Shown piece after piece: positions 1 to 9,462 of a stretch of 64,000 nucleotides of DNA. The translations under genes were made by a program, and so were the position numbers. Under the pieces are notes generated by a model, which was not told the DNA's origin, ran no database searches, and saw nothing but the letters and a program-made list of their open reading frames with translations. The stretch is from a virus (taxonomy: Duplodnaviria; Caudoviricetes): positions 18,781 through 82,780 of IMG/VR virus record IMGVR_UViG_3300033073_000489. One strand, 5' to 3'. Positions within the stretch are counted from its first letter, which is position 1; every line of letters begins with the position of its first letter.

Positions 1-512
1 TTACGATGATTCTTGACCATGTCATATGGTCCAAACTTTTCAATTTCTTTATAGAAGCTACTTGAAGCTTTTGGATGACAGTAGCCGCATTTAAAATTAC
101 ATTCGTTGCCAAATGATATTTCAATGTATTCGGGATTAATGTTAAAGTCTATATCATTAGACTCGATCTCGGACATACGAGCTTCTGTGTAAATGCTCGC
201 GTTGCGCTCGTGTCTGTCACTTATGTAATCAGGACCTAACGCTTCAATGTTCCAACAATACTGACAACCACTCGGTTGTTCACCGTTCAGCATTGCAATT
301 CTTTGATTCTTTTTCTCTTGAGTATTGTGTAGCGCACTTGGGTTTTCTGCTATTTCACTTAATGGAATTGCGTGTGGCGCTGGATGATAACAACTGTGCG
401 TTTCGCCCGTTTGTAGATAGATTGTTGTATGGTGCCATTTGGCTAGGCAAAAGGTTGGACTTATTTTGTCAGTAACGTCTTTGATTTTAATTATACGTTG
501 TTTGTTCATCAT
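1..512 (-). CDS. Radical SAM protein (5' part; runs off window start)
   Basis: Manual translation from ATG at 512: MMNKQRII...TFCLAKW...GCQYCW...ECNFKCGYC (CxxxCxxC). Not in ORF track because no stop lies in the window. Confidence 0.85.
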   Translation of the reverse strand, partial: MMNKQRIIKIKDVTDKISPTFCLAKWHHTTIYLQTGETHSCYHPAPHAIPLSEIAENPSALHNTQEKKNQRIAMLNGEQPSGCQYCWNIEALGPDYISDRHERNASIYTEARMSEIESNDIDFNINPEYIEISFGNECNFKCGYCHPKASSSFYKEIEKFGPYDMVKNHR

Positions 513-542
513 GTATATAGTCAAACAAAAAGGCCCACAGCC

Positions 543-905
543 TCAACTGTGAACCTCTTTGTATTTTTCCAGTGCCAGCGCTCTTATTTGAGCTAGTCTG
601 TCTGTAATGTGTTTAGGTAGTTCCTCGTCATCATCAAATAAGTTGTATTCAATTTTGACAAGTTCCGGACGACGGTAAGCAACAAAAATATCAATTTCGT
701 CGCCATACTCGTCATCCGAGTCGTCTACATCACTTTGACGCTGGCTTAGTAGCTGGTGCTGCTGCCTTTTCGTCCTTGGCAGGAGCACTTTTTGCAGGCT
801 TTGCTGCCTCTTTAGCAGCTGGGGCTGGAGCACTAGCGGCAGGTTTGGCAGCAGGTGCCTTTTCTTCTTTCTTAGCAGGCTCTGCGGCGAACGCTGTAAC
901 TGCAA
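543..905 (-). CDS. Small acidic hypothetical protein, start uncertain
   Basis: Only the C-terminal ~60 aa (DDSDDEYGDEIDIF...DDDEELP) look protein-like; the upstream part overlaps the 730-942 gene in another frame. Confidence 0.35.
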   Translation of the reverse strand: MQLQRSPQSLLRKKKRHLLPNLPLVLQPQLLKRQQSLQKVLLPRTKRQQHQLLSQRQSDVDDSDDEYGDEIDIFVAYRRPELVKIEYNLFDDDEELPKHITDRLAQIRALALEKYKEVHS

Positions 906-942
906 ATGCTGATGCGATTAAAGTTGCGATAAGTTTGTTCAT
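730..942 (-). CDS. Secreted Ala/Lys/Pro-rich low-complexity protein
   Basis: Start moved to MNKLIAT; signal peptide ending AFA-A followed by APAAKP-type repeats. Confidence 0.75.
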   Translation of the reverse strand: MNKLIATLIASAFAVTAFAAEPAKKEEKAPAAKPAASAPAPAAKEAAKPAKSAPAKDEKAAAPATKPASK

Positions 943-953
943 TTTGTTTTCCT

Positions 954-1247
954 TTAAGGTTGATTTTGAACTAATACCAGTCTGTAGCAATTACAGTTAG
1001 CGTCTAAGATGTTTTCGTAGTGATAACCGTATGGTGCAGGTGGCGGTTGTATACTAGGTGGATTTTGTATTACTACTGGTTGCGGCGGCCTGGTGAGTGC
1101 ATACGTTACTACGCCTCCTATCACAAGCGGCGCAACCCAGCCGTAATGATTGTGATAACCATGATGATGACCATGTCTCGGATTTGCCTGGCTTGTCCCA
1201 CTTATTAGGATCAGACTCGCAAGAGCTATAGTTTGTAGCAGTTTCAT
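954..1247 (-). CDS. Secreted His/Pro-rich small protein
   Basis: Signal peptide, HGHHHGYHNH tract, Pro-rich linker, C-terminal DANCNCYR. Confidence 0.7.
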   Translation of the reverse strand: MKLLQTIALASLILISGTSQANPRHGHHHGYHNHYGWVAPLVIGGVVTYALTRPPQPVVIQNPPSIQPPPAPYGYHYENILDANCNCYRLVLVQNQP

Positions 1248-1306
1248 ACATAATGCCTCCTAGCATATATATACAACGCCTTAGCTAACTATAAAGTTGA
1301 CATAAA

Positions 1307-1882
1307 TTATGATATTTTATGTCCAATTTGCTGATACATGTAGTATTGTGCCGCAAAGGTGATTCTTAAGTTATTACTCACAGGATCAGTTGCTCTATGA
1401 TAGATATTACTAGGGAAAATAACAGCTCGATTCTTCTTATACTCACACCGCATGATTTCAGTAGTCTGATCGTCATCGAAGAACAATAGATCCCCGTCGC
1501 TATCATTTACAAAATAAACAATAGTCCACTGCGATGTATGGTCATGCGAGTCAGCATCATTATCCCTGTGTATGCTAGGGCAATGACCTTTTATTGTTCC
1601 GTTCCACCGTATACCAAAAAAACCAGTAATCTTAACATTGGGAACTGTTCTAGGTATAAGATCTATAGTGAGTGCATCGTTTATGATCTCAGTCATGCCA
1701 ATTCGATCACTCGGATCGTTGTGGTTATTATATGATAGTGTAGCTTCCGTATATGTAGGAGAGTGGACACGTTCGCGAAACTCCCAGGGAATTAACCGTG
1801 CCCGCCTTTCAATATGAGTTTGAAACCATTCCGGAAACGCATTGTCAACTATAAAAACTTTATTAAGGTCTATCATGTCCAC
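1307..1882 (-). CDS. 2OG-Fe(II) oxygenase
   Basis: H-x-D (IHRD), IVYFVN, FPSNIYH and RITFA motifs. Confidence 0.8.
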   Translation of the reverse strand: MDMIDLNKVFIVDNAFPEWFQTHIERRARLIPWEFRERVHSPTYTEATLSYNNHNDPSDRIGMTEIINDALTIDLIPRTVPNVKITGFFGIRWNGTIKGHCPSIHRDNDADSHDHTSQWTIVYFVNDSDGDLLFFDDDQTTEIMRCEYKKNRAVIFPSNIYHRATDPVSNNLRITFAAQYYMYQQIGHKIS

Positions 1883-2712
1883 AATCCATGTCTTACTTTA
1901 ATTAGACGAATCATCATTTCTTCATCTTCTTTTTCGTAAGCGGCTTCTATCTTTTGAAGAAGCTTGTGTGCTTTATCGCCTTGTTTCTTTAGGTCTTTAT
2001 TCTTAGTTTGTGCAAGGCTTAACCAGATTTTACTACCAGTTTCATCTCGGCAAGCATCACAATAAGCAGTCCAGCCACTTGCTTCCATAGGCTCTGGACG
2101 ATTGCGATAAGTCTCAGTCCACCACTTGTAAAGGTCTAGGATTTCTTGCGCTTTGATTGCCTGCGGAGTAAGTTTGCCAAGTTCTTTATGGTCTGGACCA
2201 ACTTCGTCTTCCTTCCAACGTAGATTACGTTGCCATTCAAGGTTGTCAAGGCCGGCTTGAGGACAACGCCATGTGCGCCAGCGGAACCAACCACTAGCCC
2301 AAAAAGGTGCTTTGTATTTTTCTTTTTCATCTTTGTCTGCCCATGCGATATGCCACCATGCTAGTTCAACTTCGACAAAATCCTGTAGCTCATTAAATAG
2401 GCAAGGGAGAAAACGATTTCCTACATCGGTCCAAGTGCCTGGCTTAATATCGCGGGGATTGGCAGTGAGAGCGTGAGTGCGAGTAACCCAACGGTTATTG
2501 ATATAGTATTTTGCGGCATAAATTTTATCCGGAATAAACATAACAATGTTTTGTAGCATGTCTAGCCCTTCTTCGGCAAGCCACCAACGGATAGGATAAT
2601 CTGCCTTGGCACGGGTTTCCCATTCGTGCCAGCCTTCGGCAGTTTTGGCGCCACCCTTGGTAGTGCCACGAATCCAATCTGCAAATGTGCTACAAGTCCA
2701 ATAGTTTCTCAT
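1873..2712 (-). CDS. Hypothetical phage protein (Trp-rich)
   Basis: 279-aa ORF in the operon; no recognisable motif. Confidence 0.75.
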   Translation of the reverse strand: MRNYWTCSTFADWIRGTTKGGAKTAEGWHEWETRAKADYPIRWWLAEEGLDMLQNIVMFIPDKIYAAKYYINNRWVTRTHALTANPRDIKPGTWTDVGNRFLPCLFNELQDFVEVELAWWHIAWADKDEKEKYKAPFWASGWFRWRTWRCPQAGLDNLEWQRNLRWKEDEVGPDHKELGKLTPQAIKAQEILDLYKWWTETYRNRPEPMEASGWTAYCDACRDETGSKIWLSLAQTKNKDLKKQGDKAHKLLQKIEAAYEKEDEEMMIRLIKVRHGLWT

Positions 2713-2834
2713 AATTTATATAACTCACTAAATGATTCAAATGGCAACTTACTCCAAAAGGTCATAGCTTCGTTAAACGTTTCAAACTCTTTTGATCTGC
2801 GTTTGTTCATCCTATAGAAAACTACACGAAACAT
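2709..2834 (-). CDS. Small hypothetical protein (41 aa)
   Basis: MFRVVFYRMNK...ELYKL fills the gap and overlaps both neighbours at start/stop. Confidence 0.55.
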   Translation of the reverse strand: MFRVVFYRMNKRRSKEFETFNEAMTFWSKLPFESFSELYKL

Positions 2835-3523
2835 CAATCTTTCTTTTCACCAAACAGTTGGAGCAAATTAAGGAATAGGTTAATGAAATCCAAATACAAA
2901 GTTAATGCTCCTGTAACTTCGGCAATGCCATCATTTTCAACGCTAACTTCTTCACGGATTTGCTGTGTGTCGTAAGCAGTCAAACCAAGGAAGATGAGAA
3001 TTGCAATGGCACTAATGACCATTTGGAATACTGTGCTACCAATAAAGATATTAATGATAGACGCAATAATCAAAGCAATTAATCCGACAAACAATAGAGA
3101 GCCGAGTCCACTAAGATCTTTCTTAGTAAAGTATCCGTAACCACTCATTACCCCAAACAAAACTGCGCCTGCCATAAACGCACTTACAATACTGCCCATA
3201 TTATAAATTACAAAGATCGTAGCAAAGCTCAAGCCCATGAGCGCGGCAAAACCATGTAGCATTAATTGGGCTCCAAGTTTACTTGGGCCTGCATTGAGAG
3301 CAATAGTGATGCCAAAGATTGCTACTAGCGGTGCAAAGATAACAATCCATTTCATAATACCTGTAAAGAAGAACGCCATTAAGCCGGCATTACTTCCAAC
3401 CTGATAACTAACAAACATTGACACTAGAACCGCTAGCGCCATATGCCCGTAGACTCTACCCATTGCAGAATTAATCTGTTCGGCAGAGCGATACTCGTTT
3501 CCTGTATAAGTTGTTCCAAACAT
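2834..3523 (-). CDS. Bax inhibitor-1/YccA family membrane protein
   Basis: About 7 TM helices, YDTQQI and GALTLYLDFINLFL family motifs. Confidence 0.9.
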   Translation of the reverse strand: MFGTTYTGNEYRSAEQINSAMGRVYGHMALAVLVSMFVSYQVGSNAGLMAFFFTGIMKWIVIFAPLVAIFGITIALNAGPSKLGAQLMLHGFAALMGLSFATIFVIYNMGSIVSAFMAGAVLFGVMSGYGYFTKKDLSGLGSLLFVGLIALIIASIINIFIGSTVFQMVISAIAILIFLGLTAYDTQQIREEVSVENDGIAEVTGALTLYLDFINLFLNLLQLFGEKKD

Positions 3524-3525
3524 AA

Positions 3526-3912
3526 TTACTCCTTAGTAATAAAAGGTTTCAAATCCGGTGCAACCCAACCGGTAGGTTTTAAAACTTTACCATCCTCACG
3601 TTTTCGAACTTTGCCAGTTTCTTTGTCAATTTTAGCAAAGTTAGTCTTCATAACTTCTTTCCAGCCGCCATCACCGTCTGCACCCATAGAGTGAATAGCA
3701 CCGATAGTGACAACTATAATGTCTTCTAATGCATCTAGGATTTCTACAGGATCGCAAGCATCGATTGCTTCTTGTAGTTCCTTACGTTCTTCGTCAATTA
3801 GATCGACGTATAGTTTAAATTGTTCTTGATTCCAACCTTCGACTGTTTGGTCGCAGGCTCGCATAAATTTTTCTTGATCTCGAAACGGGTTTGTCATTTG
3901 TATTTGTTCCAT
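3526..3912 (-). CDS. MazG-like/HisE-like NTP pyrophosphohydrolase
   Basis: EERKEL...EILDALEDII and N..K...RKREDGKVLKP motifs. Confidence 0.8.
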   Translation of the reverse strand: MEQIQMTNPFRDQEKFMRACDQTVEGWNQEQFKLYVDLIDEERKELQEAIDACDPVEILDALEDIIVVTIGAIHSMGADGDGGWKEVMKTNFAKIDKETGKVRKREDGKVLKPTGWVAPDLKPFITKE

Positions 3913-3914
3913 GT

Positions 3915-4100
3915 TTATTCTGGTAGGGGGCTAAATCGTTGGAGGAAACTTTCTTCATAGCAACTATACTCTCTCGGAGGAGATCCAACTTCGTCCCTGT
4001 AATGAACCCAAGTATGCCCATCCTGCTCAATCGTGTGTAGCACTACAAATACTTTTCGATCATATGCACCCCAGCGACTTCCTTCTTTAATTGTTTTCAT
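3915..4100 (-). CDS. Hypothetical protein
   Basis: 61-aa ORF tightly packed in the operon. Confidence 0.6.
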   Translation of the reverse strand: MKTIKEGSRWGAYDRKVFVVLHTIEQDGHTWVHYRDEVGSPPREYSCYEESFLQRFSPLPE

Positions 4101-4345
4101 TTTAACGCATCCATTGTTTGTCGTTTAGCTTCTTCTTTGACTTCTTCTCTGTGAATCGTTTGTAATCCGCGAAACATTTCTTCAACAACATGTATAATAG
4201 CAGCCTTGCCATCATCTGTCAAGTGACTATATTCAGGACTGACTGAACTTTCATGCCAAACTTTTTGATTCTTTGCTAACTCGAGCATCGCCCCATACAA
4301 CATGTCTTTATGCATGGACCGACGAATATCAAATTTTCTCCCCAT
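4097..4345 (-). CDS. Hypothetical protein
   Basis: Start moved to MGRKFDIR (4345); the longer track ORF lies inside the ligase gene. Confidence 0.6.
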   Translation of the reverse strand: MGRKFDIRRSMHKDMLYGAMLELAKNQKVWHESSVSPEYSHLTDDGKAAIIHVVEEMFRGLQTIHREEVKEEAKRQTMDALK

Positions 4346-5657
4346 TCTCAAACCCTCTAAAATGTAAGAACCTCGGAAAGCGTAAAGAATAGCTTCCATC
4401 CTGGTTTTGTGTGATAGCGTCAGCACGGATTTCAACAACTTGACCAATAAGGGTTTCACGACTGCTCCAAAAAGTATCACGGTCGGAATCACTAAAGCCA
4501 GAACCGCAGTTAACTCGAATTGACTTTCCATCATCTTCACCTTCGCATACTAATGCACCTAACTTACCAATGTTCTTGCCGGTGCCTTCTTCTACTGCAA
4601 CAACACTAAGGCTTACTTCAATAAATGGTTTGAGCTTGAGCCAAGCCACACTACGTTTACACTTATAACCTGCATCAACATCTTTGAGCATAATGCCTTC
4701 GTATCCACCGGCAATAGCCTGTGAATTGATTTCCTTATACCTCTTTTGACCTTCGTTAGTGTCAAGGTCAACAAGTTCGTTGCCTACAACTGCTACATTG
4801 GGCATTTCGTCTTTGTATGTTTTATGCCAGTGATACAACATAGCACTACGTTCTTCTTGACCCTTGTCCCATTCGCCTTTTTCAAAATCTGCCAGCGGCA
4901 AGAAGTCAAACAAATGTAGAACAGCATCACCCGATACAACATTGTCTTTACGATGAACTTGCTTCATTAAGTCTTGGAATGAGCTAGACATAACTTCACC
5001 ATCTAGCACAAAGTCAATATTTTTAGTAGTGCCATGCTTTTTAACAACCGCACTAATCTGTTCTGCAATATGGGGGAAGTTTACCAACTCCTTACCGTTT
5101 CGGCTAAACATATCAACCCGGCCATCAGCACGAACAATCGTAATAACGCGAACGCCATCGAGTTTGACTTCAATAAGTTTCTTCCCTGTAACCTTTCCTT
5201 CGTGATTAGCACTATCATGAGCAAGCTGGCAAGTGAAAACAGGAATTGCATATTGTGGCCATTTCTTTTCTACGACTTTATTAACTGTGTTATCGCTGAA
5301 GCCAGCTCGCATATCCTTAATAAGAATGCGTCGATACCATCCATTCCATTCTGCCTTTGTAGCAGTTGACATCATCTGATCAACGGCATCCCTAGCAGAG
5401 TTGCCGGTGAGTTCGCGATTGCGTAGGCGAGTAGCAACATCGTTGAAACAAGCCCAAGATAGGCCAGGGCCATCTTCATCATTTTTTTCCTTAATTTGTT
5501 TGAGACCAAACGTGATCATAGAATCATAGCATAGACGCAAGCCTTTAAAAAATACGTCATTGCCGGCTTCTGCCTGCGCAAGAATGATTTGTTCTTTGTT
5601 CAAACGACTAGGATGATCTTCCAAACTGGAAATAACATACTGGCAGGGATCGCTCAT
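4329..5657 (-). CDS. lig: ATP-dependent DNA ligase
   Basis: Motif I EVKLDGVR, LDGE, EGIMLK, WLKLK, SLRFPRF. Confidence 0.95.
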   Translation of the reverse strand: MSDPCQYVISSLEDHPSRLNKEQIILAQAEAGNDVFFKGLRLCYDSMITFGLKQIKEKNDEDGPGLSWACFNDVATRLRNRELTGNSARDAVDQMMSTATKAEWNGWYRRILIKDMRAGFSDNTVNKVVEKKWPQYAIPVFTCQLAHDSANHEGKVTGKKLIEVKLDGVRVITIVRADGRVDMFSRNGKELVNFPHIAEQISAVVKKHGTTKNIDFVLDGEVMSSSFQDLMKQVHRKDNVVSGDAVLHLFDFLPLADFEKGEWDKGQEERSAMLYHWHKTYKDEMPNVAVVGNELVDLDTNEGQKRYKEINSQAIAGGYEGIMLKDVDAGYKCKRSVAWLKLKPFIEVSLSVVAVEEGTGKNIGKLGALVCEGEDDGKSIRVNCGSGFSDSDRDTFWSSRETLIGQVVEIRADAITQNQDGSYSLRFPRFLHFRGFENGEKI

Positions 5658-5687
5658 GTTTAGACCTTAGTTAATTGTAATGTAACT

Positions 5688-5716
5688 ATTATACAGTCTA
5701 ATTATCAGTATGTCAA
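5688..5716 (-). promoter_or_regulatory. sigma70-type promoter
   Basis: TTGACA-N17-TATAAT directly upstream of the ligase gene. Confidence 0.85.
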
Positions 5717-6433
5717 GTAGTTAGTAGTCTTAAATGGCTTACCAATGTAAGCATATTCTAATTGTTTTAGAATCTTTTGTTTCATTTGGCGAACTTTTGG
5801 ATGATTGTGGTTCCAATCAAATGCAGCCAAATATCTATGATAGGTAGTTTTTTTGTGTCGTTTGGCTTGCATACTGTCCATATATTTTTGGATAGTTCTG
5901 CGATCAGGTCCAAATCGATCAATCATATCACATGCAATGTTGAAACTAAAAGCACCCATTTCATCTCGGTCGCCATAATACTCTTGATCCACACGTTGTT
6001 TATGATAATGGGCTGTGCTTTCGTAACCAGGAATTGGTTTAAAGTTTCTGCTACGATACTGCCTCATGTGGATAACTTCGTGCAAAATAGTATCTGCAAA
6101 AAGCGCACAGAGTCTAGCCCAACGATAGTCAGTTACCTTAATCTTATCATCTAATGGATGGTAGCAAAGTATTACTTCAATAAAACGGGTATAGCCTTTC
6201 CTGTCCAAGTCGCTGTAGTAAGTGCCGCCCATATAAATTAGGCCGCGCTTTTGCGAATAGTCGTTTTGCTTACGAATAACTTTTACGGGCAAATACTGCT
6301 TAATCTGCGCACTTATTAATTTTTGCAGATCCTTAACTGGTAGCTTTTTGCCAACAATATCCCTACCAGCGTTGTATAACACGCTATATAGGTTTTCACG
6401 GGTTAAAAGACTCCAGTTAAAATCTTCACGCAC
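5705..6433 (-). CDS. HExxH metallopeptidase-like hypothetical protein
   Basis: ILHEVIHMRQ plus downstream YYGDRDEMGA. Confidence 0.65.
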   Translation of the reverse strand: MREDFNWSLLTRENLYSVLYNAGRDIVGKKLPVKDLQKLISAQIKQYLPVKVIRKQNDYSQKRGLIYMGGTYYSDLDRKGYTRFIEVILCYHPLDDKIKVTDYRWARLCALFADTILHEVIHMRQYRSRNFKPIPGYESTAHYHKQRVDQEYYGDRDEMGAFSFNIACDMIDRFGPDRRTIQKYMDSMQAKRHKKTTYHRYLAAFDWNHNHPKVRQMKQKILKQLEYAYIGKPFKTTNYLTY

Positions 6434-6484
6434 GATTATCTCCCAACGGGCTCAAAGTATTTAGTAGCCCGCCTAAGAAACAAA

Positions 6485-7105
6485 TTATGGGCGTTTTTCG
6501 ATAACTTTATCCGCTAAACCGTATGCTACCGCTTCTTCCGCACTCAAAAATGTGTCAAATTTCATGGTCTCGAACAGTTCTTCGTAAGTTTTGCCCGCAG
6601 TATTGTGGCGCACGTATAGCTCTGTTAGTCGTTTGTTAATACGGACAGATTCTTCAAAACTACGTTTTGCGTCTTCGAACTGCAAATCCTGCACATGGAC
6701 TGAACCACGGGTTCCGGGTGTTCCAGAACTAACACGGTGAATCATTGTGCGCGATTCAGGCAGGACAAACCGCTTTCCTCTTGCGCCGGCTTGAGCAAGG
6801 AATGAGCCCATACTACAAGCCTGTCCGAGAACGTAAGTTGCGACGTCGGGTTTAATAAACTGCATGGTGTCGTAAATAGCAAGGCCAGCAGTAACGGACC
6901 CACCAGGGCTATTAATAAAGAAGGTAATGTCTTCATTTCCTTGACTCTCCAAAAAGAGCAACTGTGCAACGATCACACTAGAAGTATGCTCATTAACATC
7001 CGTATCTAACATTACAATACGGTCCTTGAGCAAACGACTATAAATGTCGTAAGCTCGTTCACCTTTTGGTTCTGATTCAATGACTGTTGGAATAAGTCGT
7101 GTCAT
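6485..7105 (-). CDS. clpP: ClpP protease proteolytic subunit
   Basis: AYDIYSRLLKDRI, FINSPGGSVTAGLAIYDTMQ, ACSMGS (Ser), MIH (His), FLSAEEAVAYGLAD. Confidence 0.95.
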   Translation of the reverse strand: MTRLIPTVIESEPKGERAYDIYSRLLKDRIVMLDTDVNEHTSSVIVAQLLFLESQGNEDITFFINSPGGSVTAGLAIYDTMQFIKPDVATYVLGQACSMGSFLAQAGARGKRFVLPESRTMIHRVSSGTPGTRGSVHVQDLQFEDAKRSFEESVRINKRLTELYVRHNTAGKTYEELFETMKFDTFLSAEEAVAYGLADKVIEKRP

Positions 7106-7117
7106 TTGTTTCCTTGA

Positions 7118-7657
7118 TTACTCTAGTTCTTTAAAGGCTTCAGTAGAGCGCTTTGCAGCCAACTCTTGAATCCTTTGATTTTCTTTTGCGCGGCGCAATA
7201 CGTTTGCATCACCAGTTGGCAGGGCTAGCAATACATAAGCACGATATTTGTTACCTTCGGTGATGATTTTCTTTTCGGAAACTTCAACACCTGTGATGTC
7301 AACTTCCTTACATGAAGACCGTGACACGGACTCACTAAGGGTAGTTGATTCTGTTTTGTAAGTTTTCATACGCTGGCTAGCAGTTCCGCCTGCAGCCATA
7401 CACAACTTGTCATATGCATCTTGTCGTGCAATTTTAAAAGCCATAGAATAGTCCATAGCAGAGCCTGTTCCTGCAGAATATACTGCACTCTTGCTAGTAG
7501 GAACTTCTAGCATCCATTTAGGTGCTTTGTCAATTACACGCTCAACATAACGTTCTTGACGTTCACGTTCAGCATCTGCACGTTTTGCATACGGATCAGT
7601 AGAACCGCAAGCGGCAAGCATTGCAACAACAGGAATTAGTGTTAGAATCTTTTTCAT
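7118..7657 (-). CDS. Lipoprotein (LPP20-like)
   Basis: Lipobox LAAC; APKWM and AVYSAGTG segments. Confidence 0.7.
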   Translation of the reverse strand: MKKILTLIPVVAMLAACGSTDPYAKRADAERERQERYVERVIDKAPKWMLEVPTSKSAVYSAGTGSAMDYSMAFKIARQDAYDKLCMAAGGTASQRMKTYKTESTTLSESVSRSSCKEVDITGVEVSEKKIITEGNKYRAYVLLALPTGDANVLRRAKENQRIQELAAKRSTEAFKELE

Positions 7658-7779
7658 TATTTTCCACCCATCTTTTCTTTAGTCCAGTCAGCGGCTGACG
7701 AAATGTCTTTGCCTACACCTGACACAGTTGAACATGCGGCCAAGAAACTAGCCAGAATTAAAACTGCAACTATTTTCAT
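7657..7779 (-). CDS. Entericidin EcnA/B-like lipoprotein (40 aa)
   Basis: MKIVAVLILASFLAACSTVSGVGKDISSAADWTKEKMGGK: lipobox plus TVSGVGKDI. Confidence 0.75.
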   Translation of the reverse strand: MKIVAVLILASFLAACSTVSGVGKDISSAADWTKEKMGGK

Positions 7780-7916
7780 TTTGCCATCTCCACAGATTGT
7801 GTTTTAACTGTGTCGACGCCTTTGTCCATAAGTTTAGCAACACCGTTAACTACGCCGGAAAAACCGACTGTAGCAACTGCAATGCCAAAGATGGTGCCTG
7901 CGATAAATGCCTTCAT
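7776..7916 (-). CDS. Small membrane protein (46 aa)
   Basis: MKAFIAGTIFGIAVATVGFSG..., ATGA overlap with next gene. Confidence 0.6.
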   Translation of the reverse strand: MKAFIAGTIFGIAVATVGFSGVVNGVAKLMDKGVDTVKTQSVEMAK

Positions 7917-7948
7917 TGTGTGCCTCTATGTGTGTTGAACATGTGTAT

Positions 7949-7977
7949 ATTATAACTGAACTCAGTTCAATCGTCAA
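7949..7977 (-). promoter_or_regulatory. sigma70-type promoter
   Basis: TTGACG-N17-TATAAT; spacer holds inverted repeat TGAACT-C-AGTTCA. Confidence 0.8.
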
Positions 7978-7994
7978 TACTCAAGTTAGCCAAA

Positions 7995-8852
7995 TTAAAA
8001 AGTGATCATTTTATCTTCGAGCCCTTTAATAAACACTTTGGCTACTTCGACAGCCTTTTCCATTGTATCCGCTGGCTCTCCGTTTACATAACCTCTGCGA
8101 CTTTGGAATTTGGCTTCGTAGCCATTTTGGTCGCAAACTTCCTTAAATGTTTTTCGGAACTCGTCAGTATTGGCTTTACCGGCATGCCAAATTTCAACAA
8201 ATGCGCCCGAAGTCTTATACGGGCAAATAGCAACAGTAAGACCAGTGCCGCCTACGTTAGTTTTACTAACATAGTATTTGGCTACGTTTGTAAAGATTCC
8301 CGGATTGTTATCGTAGATGGATTGACATTGTTCCGAAATGATATTGTCCGATTCAGTGCTAGGGCTAGACCTTCTTACAATTTTCTTATCTTTAGTTTGA
8401 GTTGGGCGGATAAGGGGAATGAATTCGCAGTAAGGATTCTTACCGTTTTCATAAATTACAACGCCCACAAGGGTAATGCGAAGAGGCGTATTTTCGTTAA
8501 GCCAGCGAACAAATCCTTTGATATGTTCATCTGCATCTTCACAAATAAGAACACCATCATCGCATTTTTTATCATACATATAATATGTGATTTTACTTGC
8601 GTGAATAGAATCTAGCCAACCAGAAGCATCCTGGCTTTCAATTACAAGGAATGTATCGCCGTCACGGTCTCGAACAATAAGGTCGACACGTTTGTCGTGG
8701 ACTGTATGTTCCTCTGGCGTAACACTATAATCTTCTTCGTCAAGATCTAACGCATTGAGCAAACGCTTAGATGTTTCTAAATCTGAAGCAATGAATTTGG
8801 TAAAAGGAACCTCACCACCGAACGCAGATTTAATGTCTAATCTTTTTACCAT
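7995..8852 (-). CDS. PD-(D/E)xK nuclease-like protein (DUF4268-type)
   Basis: RVDLIVRD...LVIESQ motif; start moved to MVKRLDIK. Confidence 0.55.
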   Translation of the reverse strand: MVKRLDIKSAFGGEVPFTKFIASDLETSKRLLNALDLDEEDYSVTPEEHTVHDKRVDLIVRDRDGDTFLVIESQDASGWLDSIHASKITYYMYDKKCDDGVLICEDADEHIKGFVRWLNENTPLRITLVGVVIYENGKNPYCEFIPLIRPTQTKDKKIVRRSSPSTESDNIISEQCQSIYDNNPGIFTNVAKYYVSKTNVGGTGLTVAICPYKTSGAFVEIWHAGKANTDEFRKTFKEVCDQNGYEAKFQSRRGYVNGEPADTMEKAVEVAKVFIKGLEDKMITF

Positions 8853-9190
8853 TTGTCTACCACTAACCAATTTGTGTCGCTATTGTCAACTTGACAAATA
8901 ACGCCGTTGTAAACTCGCAACTTACCTTTGACTGTTTGGTTCTCCATGAACAATCTGCAACGACTATTTCGGTAATTGAAATAACCAACATCTACCCGAG
9001 ACTTGTTTACTTCACTTTCCAAAATAACATCGCCCTTTTTGATCTTTGGAAATTCCCCAACGCCCTCTTTGCAAACTGTAAGAGTTTCGTTAGCAACGAT
9101 ACCTTCGCGCTCAATTGATGCAGATGTTTGGCGGCAGTCTGCAAATGCAGAAGTGCAAAGGACTGCAAGAACTACAGTAAGGTATTTCAT
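8846..9190 (-). CDS. Secreted hypothetical protein
   Basis: Signal peptide (SAFA-D), four Cys. Confidence 0.65.
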   Translation of the reverse strand: MKYLTVVLAVLCTSAFADCRQTSASIEREGIVANETLTVCKEGVGEFPKIKKGDVILESEVNKSRVDVGYFNYRNSRCRLFMENQTVKGKLRVYNGVICQVDNSDTNWLVVDKW

Positions 9191-9462
9191 GATTTTTCAC
9201 ACCTGTAGGCATACCACCAGATGGTAGCTTTCAAACGACTATTAAAGATACGATCCTCTTCGCTGAGCATATCGGGATCAGAATGAAACCCCTTTTGAGC
9301 TTGCAAATTGTGTAGCTCGGCAAGTTGTTTATCGGCACGATCACAGCTAACAGGGTAATCGACTAATTGTTGGTAAGTCATTACCTTGGGAGTGTATTCT
9401 TCGCTTTGACGTTCACTGCATCCAGCTAGCACTAGTGCCAGCACAATCAGGGCTCGTTTCAT
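9187..9462 (-). CDS. Lipoprotein
   Basis: Start MKRALIV, lipobox LAGC. Confidence 0.65.
   Translation of the reverse strand: MKRALIVLALVLAGCSERQSEEYTPKVMTYQQLVDYPVSCDRADKQLAELHNLQAQKGFHSDPDMLSEEDRIFNSRLKATIWWYAYRCEKS

Noticed and set aside
4346-4540. N-terminal extension of track ORF 4097-4540 (also 26020-26088, 28866-28958, 33435-33512, 56031-56195)
   Set aside because: These extensions lie inside neighbouring genes; downstream ATGs give coupled or SD-supported starts.
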